DNA of 64,000 nucleotides, from the NCBI GenBank assembly GCA_040400605.1, contig JBBAPZ010000002.1, positions 5,970 to 69,969 on the forward strand. Direction: 5' to 3'. Made by a program: the position numbers and the translations under genes. The stretch is from Candidatus Sericytochromatia bacterium (GTDB lineage Bacteria; Cyanobacteriota; Sericytochromatia; S15B-MN24; JAQBPE01). The notes beneath the pieces were generated by a model. That model was given only the letters and a program-made list of their open reading frames with translations, searched no databases and was not told where the DNA came from. Below are positions 1-9,975 of the stretch, piece by piece (the stretch's first letter is position 1; every line of letters begins with the position of its first letter).

Positions 1-151
1 ACGAAAGCCTGAACATCGAGTGGTAACCTTGTCATTAAAAACGATCCGTGCCACATAACGAACGCTTTCAGTTCAAAAGCCAATGACATTCAAACAAACA
101 GCTCATCGGTGTTTCGAACACTCTCGAATTTTACGAAGTGTCGAGCGAACC

Positions 152-1213
152 TTATGGTGTGCCGGCTTCCGTCTGTGCAGGAGATGGCATGGCGGATTGC
201 AGGTTTTCCGCCAGGTCGAGAAACGCTTTTGCCGAGGGGCTGTGGGGATCCTGCACCACCAACGGCAGGCCAACGTCGCCACTGGCGCGGATGCCGGGGT
301 CAAGCGGCAGTTGGCCCAGTAAGGCGATCCCTTCGCGCTCCGCTACCGCCTGCGCGCCGCCGGACGCAAAAATGGGTGTTGCAGTCTCACATTGTGGGCA
401 AACGAAATGGCTCATGTTTTCGACCACGCCGAGAATCGGCACCTTGGATTGCTGCAGCATGCGCAGGGTCTTCACCCCAATGGCCGCGGCGACGGCTTGC
501 GGCGTGATGACGATGACGGCACCGGTCAAGGGGATCAACTGCACAAGGCTGAGCGGGACATCGCCTGTACCGGGTGGCAAATCCACCAGCAGATAATCCA
601 GTTCACCCCAAGCCACATCCCGGAAGAATTGCCGCATGGCACTGGCCAGCATCGGCCCGCGCCATACAATGGGGTCATCCGCGTTGGGCAGCAAGAAGCC
701 CATCGACATGAGTGAGATGCCGTGGCTGATAATCGGTTGCAGTTGGTTGTCCTTCACAAGGGGTTTGTGGGCCTGCACGCCCATCAAAAAGGGTATGGAC
801 GGGCCGTAGATGTCCGCATCGAGCAAGCCGACACGGTACCCGAGTTGTTTAAGGGCCAAGGCGAGGTTGACACTGACGGTTGATTTGCCAACGCCTCCCT
901 TGCCACTGCCGATTGCCAGAATGTGCCGTATTCCGGGGATGCCTTCAGGCCCGCGGGGTACGGCTTTGGTCGGACGCACCAGATAATGCACGGCATGGTC
1001 ATTGAGGCCTGTAACCCCTTGCAGCGCGCTTTTGATGGCCGGGGTTAAAGTTGCCTGCAAGCCTGCGGACTGAGGGCTCAAGGTGATCGAGAAGGTCGCG
1101 ATGCCGTGCGCGACCTTAAGGTTTTCAACCATCCCAAGCGTGACGATATCTTGTTGAAGATCCGGCACCAAGACCGTCTTCAATGCATCCAATACGTGCT
1201 GTTCAAGCGACAA
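152..1213 (-). CDS. apbC: Mrp/ApbC-family Fe-S cluster carrier ATPase
   Basis: 353-aa ORF. Deviant Walker A GSGKGGVGKSTV, MinD/ParA-like core, CPQC motif near the C-terminus, DUF59-like N-terminal segment. Confidence 0.9.
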   Translation of the reverse strand: MSLEQHVLDALKTVLVPDLQQDIVTLGMVENLKVAHGIATFSITLSPQSAGLQATLTPAIKSALQGVTGLNDHAVHYLVRPTKAVPRGPEGIPGIRHILAIGSGKGGVGKSTVSVNLALALKQLGYRVGLLDADIYGPSIPFLMGVQAHKPLVKDNQLQPIISHGISLMSMGFLLPNADDPIVWRGPMLASAMRQFFRDVAWGELDYLLVDLPPGTGDVPLSLVQLIPLTGAVIVITPQAVAAAIGVKTLRMLQQSKVPILGVVENMSHFVCPQCETATPIFASGGAQAVAEREGIALLGQLPLDPGIRASGDVGLPLVVQDPHSPSAKAFLDLAENLQSAMPSPAQTEAGTP

Positions 1214-1370
1214 AGCGAGCTCCTTTCGGGCCTGATTGAACGCGGTGGTTTTTTATACGCGACACTTGCCCTCATCTAAAGGAGATAATCCCCATTGGTT
1301 GGATCCGTCAAGGCAACATTTGCGCGATGGTGTATGGATAGCAGGTGCACTTGCCAAGAGGAGGACGCTC

Positions 1371-2096
1371 ATGACGATGTGTTGTCATTCATTCCGATTG
1401 GGCCATGGAATGTTATTGCTGCTGGGAACCCTTGGCTGTCAGACATCGATGACGTCTACGACAAACCCTGAAGCCATTCAGTCACCACTCGCAACGGCCA
1501 TTGCACCCGCGGCGCTCGCGTTGCCGATCACGGCATCGGCCACTTCATTGTCGGGGACCGTGACGCACCAGGCACGGCCTGCCCGCGGCGTTCGCCTGCG
1601 TGTTAACGGCCCCGCTGGTTTCTCAAAAGAGATTCAAAGTGATGGTCAAGGGCAGTTTGTGCTTCAGTCTCGCAATCCTGGTAGTTATCAGGTGACGTTT
1701 TACAATGATACCAATCGCTCCTACGTGGGATTCTGGCGCAGCCCGTCCGTGCGGGTCGATGCAGGCCAGCAAGCGCGTTTGGCAAACATTGATCTGGCAT
1801 TGACAGGATTTCAGAACCAGCCATTACCCGGAACCACGATTCGCGGCCTGACCTCGTTCAACTGGACCTTGCCCCGTCATCCCGTTGCGGCCATCCACTG
1901 GCGCCTTCATTCGCAAGGTGGTACGCGCTTTGAGTTGTTGGCCAGAAGCCCGGATTTGCGAGGTGACGTGACGCAATGGCGTTGGGAAGTCCCCCAAGCG
2001 CTGCGTGGACGGCGTTGTTTCTGGGGTCTTCAATGGCGTACAAGTGACGGTGGGGTCGGTGGAAACTTGTTTCAGCCCATCACGCTAGGCTCGTGA
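1371..2096 (+). CDS. Putative lipoprotein with carboxypeptidase-regulatory-like (CarboxypepD_reg) beta-sandwich
   Basis: Internal ATG at 1371 preceded by AAGAGGAGGA. Signal/lipobox LLLLGTLGC. Segment GVRLRVNGPAGFSKEIQSDGQGQFVLQSRNPGSYQV is typical of CarboxypepD_reg folds. The track ORF starts at 1236. Confidence 0.45.
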   Translation: MTMCCHSFRLGHGMLLLLGTLGCQTSMTSTTNPEAIQSPLATAIAPAALALPITASATSLSGTVTHQARPARGVRLRVNGPAGFSKEIQSDGQGQFVLQSRNPGSYQVTFYNDTNRSYVGFWRSPSVRVDAGQQARLANIDLALTGFQNQPLPGTTIRGLTSFNWTLPRHPVAAIHWRLHSQGGTRFELLARSPDLRGDVTQWRWEVPQALRGRRCFWGLQWRTSDGGVGGNLFQPITLGS

Positions 2097-2097
2097 G

Positions 2098-2670
2098 TCA
2101 TTGATGCATCACGGTTTGATTGCCGCCGCCTCGTAGCGCCAATTCGTAGGCCGCCGCAGCGGAATCGACCAGGCGTCGGGCATCGTCGATTCCGGAACGT
2201 GGGTAGGTGGCGATACCAATGGAGACAGTCAATCCTTTAAGGGTCGGATGCTCCAAAAAATTGTCTTGCACCTTTAAGCGGAAACGTTCGGCAAAGGTTT
2301 GAACCCCATCACTGTCGGTGGCGGGCAGGAGCATCACCAGGTCATTTTTGCCCCAACGGGCGGGAATGTCGTATTGGCGGCTGGAATCCTTGAAGAGGTG
2401 AGCCAGTTCGATCAACGCCTCGAAACTCGGCTGATCCAGTCCCACCACCAGACAGCTTAACTCGGACTGAAAGCGATCCGCTCGCACGATTTCCTCGGAC
2501 GCACGCCCCCAAAAATATTGCTGACTGAACAAGCCGGTCACCGAATCCGCAATGCCCATTTCCTGCAAACGCATCTCGGCATTGGCAACTTGAGTCTTGA
2601 GTTGTTCGACTGTGGCGACGAGTTGCGCCATTTCCGCTGCTTGATCGTCTTGTTGATCGATATTGGGCAT
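2098..2670 (-). CDS. GGDEF-domain protein with degenerate active site and N-terminal coiled coil
   Basis: DSVTGLFSQQYF...ARWGKNDLVMLL...TVSIGIATYP matches the GGDEF fold, but GG(D/E)EF is replaced by GKNDL. ATG at 2670 has GGAG 9 nt upstream. The track ORF extends to 2727. Confidence 0.7.
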   Translation of the reverse strand: MPNIDQQDDQAAEMAQLVATVEQLKTQVANAEMRLQEMGIADSVTGLFSQQYFWGRASEEIVRADRFQSELSCLVVGLDQPSFEALIELAHLFKDSSRQYDIPARWGKNDLVMLLPATDSDGVQTFAERFRLKVQDNFLEHPTLKGLTVSIGIATYPRSGIDDARRLVDSAAAAYELALRGGGNQTVMHQ

Positions 2671-2870
2671 TGCTTGAGTCTCCACTTTTTCACGGCCGAG
2701 TCTGCGCCGGATGACTGTCTCAAACACTATCTTACAACAGTTTCTTGTCGCCCCGACAATCTCGCCTCACGGCGCGATCGCCTGGATCGGCCAATCCTGC
2801 AACGTGCCGCCTTGAATTGGGTGGCATCACTGTGCCTGTTTGATTACCCAACGCCAACCACAGAAATCTG

Positions 2871-3902
2871 TCACGCGGATGGTAAACGGCCAGGTTGTTC
2901 CGCTGGCATCGATTTGGCGTGGTCCACCAAAAGACCGATCACGCATTGCTCCATCATCAACGCGTGAAGGTCCGTTGGCCAATCACCGGTTTTCAGCGCC
3001 AAATCACAACGCAACAGATGCTCAAGCGCTGCAGCCAGTGCGCTGGCACGCCATTTCGACAGATTGTCAAGGTCCTTGCGTACCCTGAAATCACTCCGCA
3101 GATTCAAGGTTTTGGCGATCGCCACGGGGCTGTGCCCTGCTTCAGCCAGGCTTTTCATTTGTGTCCATTGCCGCATCAGGGTGATCACCGACGCTAGTAT
3201 CCGCAGCGGCACATGGGTTGTACGCAGGTGCGACAAAGCAATCAGGGCAGCCCCCACCGATTGCTTTGCCAACGCATCGGTGAGCGCGAAGACATCCGGC
3301 TCCTGAGCATGCACGAGACGTGCGACCTCGTTCACGCCGATGGCGTTGTCATGGTCCGTGTAAAGTGCCAGTTTTTGCAATTCGGTATCAATGCGCCAGC
3401 GATCGCCACCCGTCGCACGCAACAAGGCAGTCACCGCAGCAGGGGCGATGCGCCGTTGATAACCCTTGGCCCGCGCAACCACCCACTCGGCCAACTGTTC
3501 CTCCATCTGCCAAGGCGCGGGCGTCTGAAATGCCGTCACACGCATGAATGGCAGCCACGTCTTGACCGTCTTCAGCCGTGAATCCAATTTTTCAAGCTTG
3601 AACAACAGATAGGCCCGCGCCGGTAACCCAATCTTCAACTGACGCTCAAACGCATCGAGTCCCGGATCATCCGACTTCCCCTTCAATACCGCTGGACCAT
3701 CCACCACAACAAACCGATTTCCCCCACCAAAAGGGACAGTCGTCACCGCTTCTAGAACCGTTGCAAGCGGTGTGTCGCCCGACAGTTCCGCGAAGTTGAA
3801 AACCCGCCAGGCAGGATCGAGTAATTCGCGCTCAAGCTTTTTTTGTGCTTCCACCATGGCAAACCGATCGTCGCCGTGATAAAGAAGCACTTGTTTTGAC
3901 AC
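2871..3902 (-). CDS. holA: DNA polymerase III delta subunit
   Basis: 343 aa. N-terminal LLYHGDDRF...VDGP pattern, and a helical C-terminal domain with the LALKTG motif typical of HolA. Confidence 0.8.
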   Translation of the reverse strand: MSKQVLLYHGDDRFAMVEAQKKLERELLDPAWRVFNFAELSGDTPLATVLEAVTTVPFGGGNRFVVVDGPAVLKGKSDDPGLDAFERQLKIGLPARAYLLFKLEKLDSRLKTVKTWLPFMRVTAFQTPAPWQMEEQLAEWVVARAKGYQRRIAPAAVTALLRATGGDRWRIDTELQKLALYTDHDNAIGVNEVARLVHAQEPDVFALTDALAKQSVGAALIALSHLRTTHVPLRILASVITLMRQWTQMKSLAEAGHSPVAIAKTLNLRSDFRVRKDLDNLSKWRASALAAALEHLLRCDLALKTGDWPTDLHALMMEQCVIGLLVDHAKSMPAEQPGRLPSA

Positions 3903-3915
3903 TGCGTTTCACCAC

Positions 3916-4701
3916 TTAACGCGGGACATTTGCAGCGACGCCATTCGCACCGTAACGCCGCTCCCGCGCTTGATACGCCCTTAACGCGTCAAGAAAATGC
4001 ACGTCACGAAACTCAGGCCACATCACGTCCGTGAAATAAAGCTCGGTATAGGCCAGTTGCCACAACATGTAGTTACTTATTCGTGATTCACCACTTGTTC
4101 GTATCAAAAGGTCGGGATCCGGTTGGTCCGCTGTATACAAAGCACCGGACACAAGCTGCTCATCAATCGCCTCAGGCGACAACTCACCCATCAATACACG
4201 CCGGGCAAGCTGCTGTGCCGCTCGCACCAATTCCTGCCTGCCGCCATAATTCGCAGCAATATTCAGAATCAGACCACAATTGCCACCCGTGCGTTCCGCG
4301 GCAACGCGCGCCTGCCGCTGCAAGCTAGCTGGCAATCCCGCGACGTCGCCGATAAAACGTACCTGAACACCCTGCGCGTGCAATTCATCCAGTTCACGAC
4401 GCAACGCATCTTCAATCAGCGTCATTAAAAAATCAACTTCAGTGCCCGTGCGCCGCCAATTCTCCGTGGAAAATGCATACAGCGTCAGGTGCGGAATATC
4501 CAGTTCCCGACACAATCGCACCAAGAGCCGTACGGTATCCACACCAGCACGATGCCCTTGGAACTGCGCCAGCAGGTTGCGCTTCGCCCAGCGACGGTTA
4601 CCGTCAAGAATGACCGCCACATGACGCGGGAGGCGTTCGAAATCCAGACCGGGCCAGCGCTCTGGATCAAGGTTGGACTGCGAACGTGTCACCAAATTCA
4701 A
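3916..4701 (-). CDS. uppS: Undecaprenyl (isoprenyl) diphosphate synthase
   Basis: HVAVILDGNRRWA, TLYAFSTENWRR and RTSGESRISNYMLWQLAYTELYF are all hallmark cis-prenyltransferase motifs. Confidence 0.93.
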   Translation of the reverse strand: MNLVTRSQSNLDPERWPGLDFERLPRHVAVILDGNRRWAKRNLLAQFQGHRAGVDTVRLLVRLCRELDIPHLTLYAFSTENWRRTGTEVDFLMTLIEDALRRELDELHAQGVQVRFIGDVAGLPASLQRQARVAAERTGGNCGLILNIAANYGGRQELVRAAQQLARRVLMGELSPEAIDEQLVSGALYTADQPDPDLLIRTSGESRISNYMLWQLAYTELYFTDVMWPEFRDVHFLDALRAYQARERRYGANGVAANVPR

Positions 4702-4975
4702 CCCCCATCAACACGACCAAGCCGCACATAACCATCGTGCAGCGCTACTGCGGCTTCGCCTGGTGCGGGTTTCCAGCATAATCGTTGATCGCATGAAACA
4801 CACGCTCGAAACAGCCCACCAACATAACAGGTTAAGGTACTTTTGTCCAGACCAAGACAACCGTCGGGTGTACTGGATTCTGGCTTCCGGCCTTGGACAG
4901 TTCACTGGATGCAATCCTGGAAATCAGGCCATCGCCTTGTCAATTCACGGTTGCGGTGGCAGCCGCCGGAGCGTT

Positions 4976-5191
4976 TCAGGCATCCGTTGCAGGGTTGGCA
5001 ACGCACGTGTTTGACCCGATGAGAGCCTGATTCAGTTGTTTTGGCGGCGCCTGGATGGGGCGAGGTCCAGGGACCTGCGCGCCCGTCCGCACAAAGAGCC
5101 ACAGGGCCACTGCCATCAGCACGGCGATGAGGGCAAACGGCCAATTGCTTTGTGGTGTCGGGGCACTATTTGGAAGGGAGTTGTTCGGCAT
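4976..5191 (-). CDS. Hypothetical small membrane protein (weak call)
   Basis: Internal ATG at 5191 gives 71 aa with one hydrophobic helix (WPFALIAVLMAVALWLFV). It overlaps the cdaA 3' end by 26 nt. No convincing RBS. Confidence 0.25.
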   Translation of the reverse strand: MPNNSLPNSAPTPQSNWPFALIAVLMAVALWLFVRTGAQVPGPRPIQAPPKQLNQALIGSNTCVANPATDA

Positions 5192-6038
5192 GATTTTTTT
5201 TACCCTGAAAGAGTGCTTGCAACGGTTGCGTTGTGTGATTGCGTTTGGGTTGAACAAACGCTTCGCGTAAAATTTCTTTTAGGGCTTCTTCATTGATGTG
5301 TCGCTTTAATTGACCGGAACTTGCAACGGAGATGGTGCCACTCTCTTCCGAGACCACGATGGCGATGGCGTCGGTCGTTTCGGTCAAGCCAATTGCCGCG
5401 CGGTGGCGTGTGCCGAATTGTGAGCGGGTTCCGCCACGTTGACGCATGCCTTCAGATAGGGGCAAAACGGCGCCGGCCGCCGTGATGCGTTCGTTTTGAA
5501 TGATCACGGCCCCATCGTGCAGGGGTGATGCTGGCACGAAAATTGTCGACAAGAGTTCGGCACTGATTACCCCATCGAGTACCGTCCCTGTCTCAATAAA
5601 CTCGGCCAGGCCGGTGTGCCGCTCCAGAATGATGAGCGCACCGATGCGCTGGCGCGATAAAAACCGAACGCTCGCGACCACTTCATCAAGTGCCCGCGGT
5701 GAGGTAACGGTTTTTTGAGGAAACCACAACTCGCCTCGAAAAAGTTCCCCCTGCCCGATGTGCGCCAGCGCACGCCGCAATTCCGGCTGAAATACCACAG
5801 GAATCGCAACGATGATGAGCGTCGCCATGCTTTGCACCAGCCACGTGATCGTATCGAGTTCTAACGCATGGCTGACCAGATAGGCCAGCAACAGCAACAG
5901 CATTCCCCGAAGCAATTGGACGGCCCGTGTGCCTTTGATGAGCAGAAACAGACGATAAAGGATGAAGCTGACCAGCACGATGTCTAAGATGTCTTGCCAG
6001 CGCAGGCTTGCGGAAAAAGCGGCCAAAGGAGGCAGCAT
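5166..6038 (-). CDS. cdaA: Diadenylate cyclase (c-di-AMP synthase), membrane-anchored CdaA type
   Basis: Three N-terminal TM helices followed by a DAC domain: DGAVII...AAGAVLPLS, GTRHRAAIGLTETTDAIAIVVSEESGTISVA. Confidence 0.9.
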   Translation of the reverse strand: MLPPLAAFSASLRWQDILDIVLVSFILYRLFLLIKGTRAVQLLRGMLLLLLAYLVSHALELDTITWLVQSMATLIIVAIPVVFQPELRRALAHIGQGELFRGELWFPQKTVTSPRALDEVVASVRFLSRQRIGALIILERHTGLAEFIETGTVLDGVISAELLSTIFVPASPLHDGAVIIQNERITAAGAVLPLSEGMRQRGGTRSQFGTRHRAAIGLTETTDAIAIVVSEESGTISVASSGQLKRHINEEALKEILREAFVQPKRNHTTQPLQALFQGKKNHAEQLPSK

Positions 6039-6039
6039 G

Positions 6040-7395
6040 TCAGCCTCCCGCTTTCAGGTGCGCGGGCAGGCGATCCAGTCGCATCAAATCATCGAGTGAT
6101 TCGCGCTCAACAATCGTCACGGCCACACCATCTCTGACCAACACCATGGCGGGCCGCCCACAACGGTTGTAAGTGCTTGCCATACTGTGGTTGTAGGCAC
6201 CGGTGCCATAGACGACCACCGTTTCCCCCGCTTGTGGGGAGGGCAGCAGCGCATCTTTGATTAACACATCACCGGATTCGCAATAACGTCCCGCCAAGGT
6301 CACACGCTCCGGTGTACCGGTTTCGCGTTCAGCCAGTTCCGCTTGGTAGACCGCCCCATAGGTGATGGGTCGTGGATTGTCAGCCATTCCGCCATCCAGC
6401 ATCACGTAACGCCTGATGCCTGGAACCACCTTGCTGTAGCCCACACGGTAAGCTGTTATGCCGGCCGTTCCGATGATCGATCGCCCCGGTTCAAGGACCA
6501 GCGCAGGCAACGGATATTGCCACTTTTCACATTGCGCGACCACTGCCCGGGCGATCGCCGCAACCGCCTCCTCAATCGCAGGCGGCGCATCCTGGGCCTC
6601 ATAAACAATCCCGAGACCACCACCAAGATCCAACTCGGCAGCCACCACCCCGTAACGCTCCCGCACCTCGGCAAGCAAGCGCACCATCACCGCTGCCGCT
6701 TCCTCAAACGCCCGCACATCAAAGATTTGTGAGCCGATATGCGCCTGCAGCCCCAGCCATTGCACCCGCGACTGAGACGCCAAACGCACGAGTGCCTGAT
6801 CCAACTGCCCGCTTCCCAGATCAAGACCGAACTTGGAATCCTCTTTCCCCGTCTGGATGAATTCATGGGTGTGCGCTTCAATTCCCGGCGCCACGCGCAA
6901 CAATATCTTCGTCGTTACACCCAGCGACTCGGTCAGTTCCAGTACCGCATCCAGTTCATCCAAATTATCAACGTTGATACGCCCAACACCCGCTTCAAGC
7001 CCCATGACAAGCTCGCCACGAGGCTTGTTGTTGCCCTGCATCACCAACGCTGACGCCGGCACCCCCGCTTTCAACGCGGTCATCATCTCGCCCGCGGATA
7101 CGACATCTAAACCCAACCCCTCCTGGTGCACCAACGCGGCGATCGCCATCGTGCAATGCGACTTGCTCGCGAACAGGACCCGCGAGGCGCCAGGATAATG
7201 CACTTTCAACGCCGATTGATAACGCCGGCACGCCACCCGTACGTCCTGTTCATCCACAATATACAAAGGGGTGCCATGAATGCGTGCCAGGTCTGTAACA
7301 TCACAGCCGCCAACAAACAAGCGCCCCTCGCTCGAACGTGAGCACGTCAATGGCTTGAGACAGGGCTTGGGAGCAGTCTGTGGGTCTGGCATCAA
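6040..7395 (-). CDS. lysA: Diaminopimelate decarboxylase
   Basis: 451 aa. PLP-dependent Orn/DAP/Arg decarboxylase pattern: HGTPLYIVDE, FASKSH, HIGSQI, DLGGGLG, EPGRSI, CESGD. Confidence 0.92.
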   Translation of the reverse strand: MMPDPQTAPKPCLKPLTCSRSSEGRLFVGGCDVTDLARIHGTPLYIVDEQDVRVACRRYQSALKVHYPGASRVLFASKSHCTMAIAALVHQEGLGLDVVSAGEMMTALKAGVPASALVMQGNNKPRGELVMGLEAGVGRINVDNLDELDAVLELTESLGVTTKILLRVAPGIEAHTHEFIQTGKEDSKFGLDLGSGQLDQALVRLASQSRVQWLGLQAHIGSQIFDVRAFEEAAAVMVRLLAEVRERYGVVAAELDLGGGLGIVYEAQDAPPAIEEAVAAIARAVVAQCEKWQYPLPALVLEPGRSIIGTAGITAYRVGYSKVVPGIRRYVMLDGGMADNPRPITYGAVYQAELAERETGTPERVTLAGRYCESGDVLIKDALLPSPQAGETVVVYGTGAYNHSMASTYNRCGRPAMVLVRDGVAVTIVERESLDDLMRLDRLPAHLKAGG

Positions 7396-7771
7396 ACTGG
7401 TGACGTCACCGGATCGCGGGGGTGCAACAGAATTATCGGGAGTTGATGATGTCCCGCGCTTTCACATCTCCTGACGCGCAATCGTTTCACACGACGAGCG
7501 CTATGGAAATTCGAGGCAATGGATGAATTGCCACCCGTTGCGTCGTTGTCGGTGCGGGGAAGCGAACAAAGACAGCCCCAGTATAGCATGGCTGTCAGGC
7601 GATTGATGGTCGTTTTGGTTTATTTTGACTTTTCAGGTCTGACCGGTCCAGAATGAGTCGTGTTTTTAAATGCCTCGCGGGCGAGGGCAGCCGGTGAGCT
7701 GCCGGGCGGAGTGTGCATTCACAAAGGCTTGGGCACCGCGTGGTGGAAGGATTTGGTTCGCAACAGGAGAA

Positions 7772-8251
7772 ATGGTGATGCAGCACATTCACGGTCATTT
7801 GGTGGTTCCTGCCGGTGTTCGCTTTGCGGTGGTGCTGGGGCGTTTCAACGAATTGATAGGGTCGCGACTGCTCTCGGGTTTTGAGGATGCGATCGTTCGC
7901 CACGGCGGCTCATCCGATGCGATCGACGTTTACTGGGTGCCGGGTGCTTTTGAGCTACCGGTGGTGGCCAAGAGATTGGCCTCATCCGGGCGTTACGCCA
8001 GCGTTACGGCACTAGGCGCCGTGATCCGCGGTGCGACACCCCATTTTGATTACGTGGCAGCCGAGGCAGCCAAGGGCATTCAAAACGCAGCCCTCGCAAC
8101 CGGCGTGCCGGTGATCTTTGGCGTTTTGACGACCGATACCATCGAACAGGCCATCGAACGGGCTGGCACCAAGGGCGGCAACAAGGGCTGGGAAGCAGGA
8201 TGTACCGCCATCGAGATGACCCACTTGATGCAGCAAATCGGTTCCACCTAA
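7772..8251 (+). CDS. ribH: 6,7-dimethyl-8-ribityllumazine synthase
   Basis: ATG at 7772 preceded by [40 protein letters not shown] and VIFGVLTTD are classic RibH motifs. The track ORF starts at 7670. Confidence 0.92.
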   Translation: MVMQHIHGHLVVPAGVRFAVVLGRFNELIGSRLLSGFEDAIVRHGGSSDAIDVYWVPGAFELPVVAKRLASSGRYASVTALGAVIRGATPHFDYVAAEAAKGIQNAALATGVPVIFGVLTTDTIEQAIERAGTKGGNKGWEAGCTAIEMTHLMQQIGST

Positions 8252-8574
8252 CCACGCTTTGACAACTCATAAAACCAAAAATGCCCAGCGAGACCTCGTG
8301 GGCACAACATCCCGTCTGAAATCGACGTGTTGGGATGATTGGTTGGGTTTGGGTGTGAAAAACGTTTGGTGCCCGTCTTACCCGGATGGGCGCGCAACAC
8401 TGTTGTGGTGTTTCTGTGAGTTTATTTTGCCTGTCAAGAGAAATTGCGCGATTTGGGTATCGAAGTTTGGCAAGGGCGATGGAATGAACCCCTTGTTGGG
8501 GTAGAATAGGACCAAGAAAAAGTGGCGGTCGCGGCAGGGGCCGTGACGATTGTTTCGGGAAGGTATCGACGCGT

Positions 8575-9447
8575 ATGGTCCGTGACCACCTTATCAAGGC
8601 AACTGCAGCTGGCGGGCGCATTCGGGCCGTTGCAATTCGTACGACTGATCTGGCAGAGGAGGCTCGCAGGCGGCATGATCTCTCGCCGACGGCCGCAGCG
8701 GCGCTCGGCAAGGCGATGACGGGCGCGTTGCTGTTGAGTGCAACCTTACGCAAGTCGGGTCGGCTCAACGTTCGCATCGGCGGCAAAGGGCCACTTGGGG
8801 GTTTGCTTATTGATGCGGGGACCGATGGTAGTGTGCGCGGATACTGCGGAAATCCGCAGCTGGATTTGCCGCTGAGGGCGGATGGTCTCTTGAACGTTGG
8901 CGCCGCAGTTGGGCGGGATGGTTTTCTGTCCGTCACTTATGACCTTGGCCGTCGGCCGTACACGGGTACAGTGGCCTTGGTGTCGGGTGAGCTGGGCGAC
9001 GATTTTACGGCTTATCTGGCGCACTCGGAACAGATCCCCTCAGCCGTCAGCCTGGGAATTTTCGTTGAGAATGGTCGGGTATGTTCAGCGGGCGGCATTC
9101 TGGTGCAACTGATGCCTGATGCTGGCGATGAAATCGCGGAGCGTCTGGAACAGACGGTGTTGACAATGCCGACTTTCACGGCATTGGATCGCGAACGCGT
9201 GGGCCTCGTTCAGATTCTGGAGCGGGCTTTAGCCGGCTTCAAGGTTGATATCCTGCAGGAGGACCAAGACGTTTACTTTGCCTGTCGTTGTGATCACAAA
9301 CGGGTGCTGGATGCCATACGCATCCTTGGACCGGAGGAGATTCAGGACATGATCGCCAAAGACGGCCAAGCAGAAGTGCGTTGCCATTTTTGTAACACAC
9401 TGTATCAAATTGACCGCAGCCAACTGGAGGCCATGCTTAATCTTTGA
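8575..9447 (+). CDS. hslO: Hsp33 redox-regulated chaperone
   Basis: 290 aa. The C-terminal zinc centre CRCDHKR...CHFCNTLY is diagnostic of Hsp33. Confidence 0.92.
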   Translation: MVRDHLIKATAAGGRIRAVAIRTTDLAEEARRRHDLSPTAAAALGKAMTGALLLSATLRKSGRLNVRIGGKGPLGGLLIDAGTDGSVRGYCGNPQLDLPLRADGLLNVGAAVGRDGFLSVTYDLGRRPYTGTVALVSGELGDDFTAYLAHSEQIPSAVSLGIFVENGRVCSAGGILVQLMPDAGDEIAERLEQTVLTMPTFTALDRERVGLVQILERALAGFKVDILQEDQDVYFACRCDHKRVLDAIRILGPEEIQDMIAKDGQAEVRCHFCNTLYQIDRSQLEAMLNL

Positions 9448-9493
9448 AAAAAAAAGTCAAAAAGGGTGGTCACCCGATAGAAGGGAACCACCC
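9447..9493 (-). terminator. Rho-independent terminator downstream of rpmB
   Basis: Stem GGGTGGT (9464-9470) pairs with ACCACCC (9487-9493). On the minus strand it is followed by TTTTTGACTTTTTTTTT. Confidence 0.65.
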
Positions 9494-9516
9494 AAACTGT
9501 CCGGTCTAAAAAAACT

Positions 9517-9711
9517 TTAGACTGCGCGAACGACCTTACCGGCTTTCAGGCAGGACGTGCATACTTGAAGCTTGCGGACCAAGCCCGGCTTGATCAAGGC
9601 ACGAACACTCTGCAAGTTCGGCATCCAACGCCGGTTGGTTTTGACATTCGAGTGACTGACATTGTGGCCGGTAGCCGGACCCTTGTCGCAAACGCTACAA
9701 CGCTTAGACAC
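9517..9711 (-). CDS. rpmB: 50S ribosomal protein L28
   Basis: GTG at 9711 with GGAGG 8 nt upstream. The 64-aa product [33 protein letters not shown] matches L28. The track ORF (to 9894) is over-extended. Confidence 0.85.
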   Translation of the reverse strand: MSKRCSVCDKGPATGHNVSHSNVKTNRRWMPNLQSVRALIKPGLVRKLQVCTSCLKAGKVVRAV

Positions 9712-9975
9712 GGTAAGAACCTCCAAAACTGGCGATGATGATATGAAGCAAGAATCAAATTTACCATCACTTAACCTGCTTGACAAGTCGTTGGGTCTGA
9801 CCGAAAGGCGGCCGTGCCGACATCGACCCCCGCTGGCGCTGACGCGGATGCTGTTGGCGGGAGGGCCTGCACTTTCGCCCTGCTTGCCTGGCATTGCGCG
9901 GTGTAATCTGTGGGCGGGAAACCCGTCGCTGCGTTTGTTGTCCGCTGGCTTCCCGTTTGGAATGGTGTGGTGGCG

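Noticed and set aside
7396-7640. Possible lysine (L-box) riboswitch upstream of lysA.
   Set aside because: Reading the minus-strand leader, I found no AGAGGCGC/GAGGGG...CCGAAAGG-type conserved blocks.
7600-7771. Possible FMN (RFN) riboswitch upstream of ribH.
   Set aside because: There are patchy similarities: GACCGG, and CCGGTGAGCTGCCGGGCGGAGTG versus CCGGUGAGAUGCCGGAGCCGACGGU. The hallmark 5' GGGNGAAAUUCCC/ACCGGCGGUA core is missing, and RFN elements are normally highly conserved. Only cmscan with RF00050 could rescue this.
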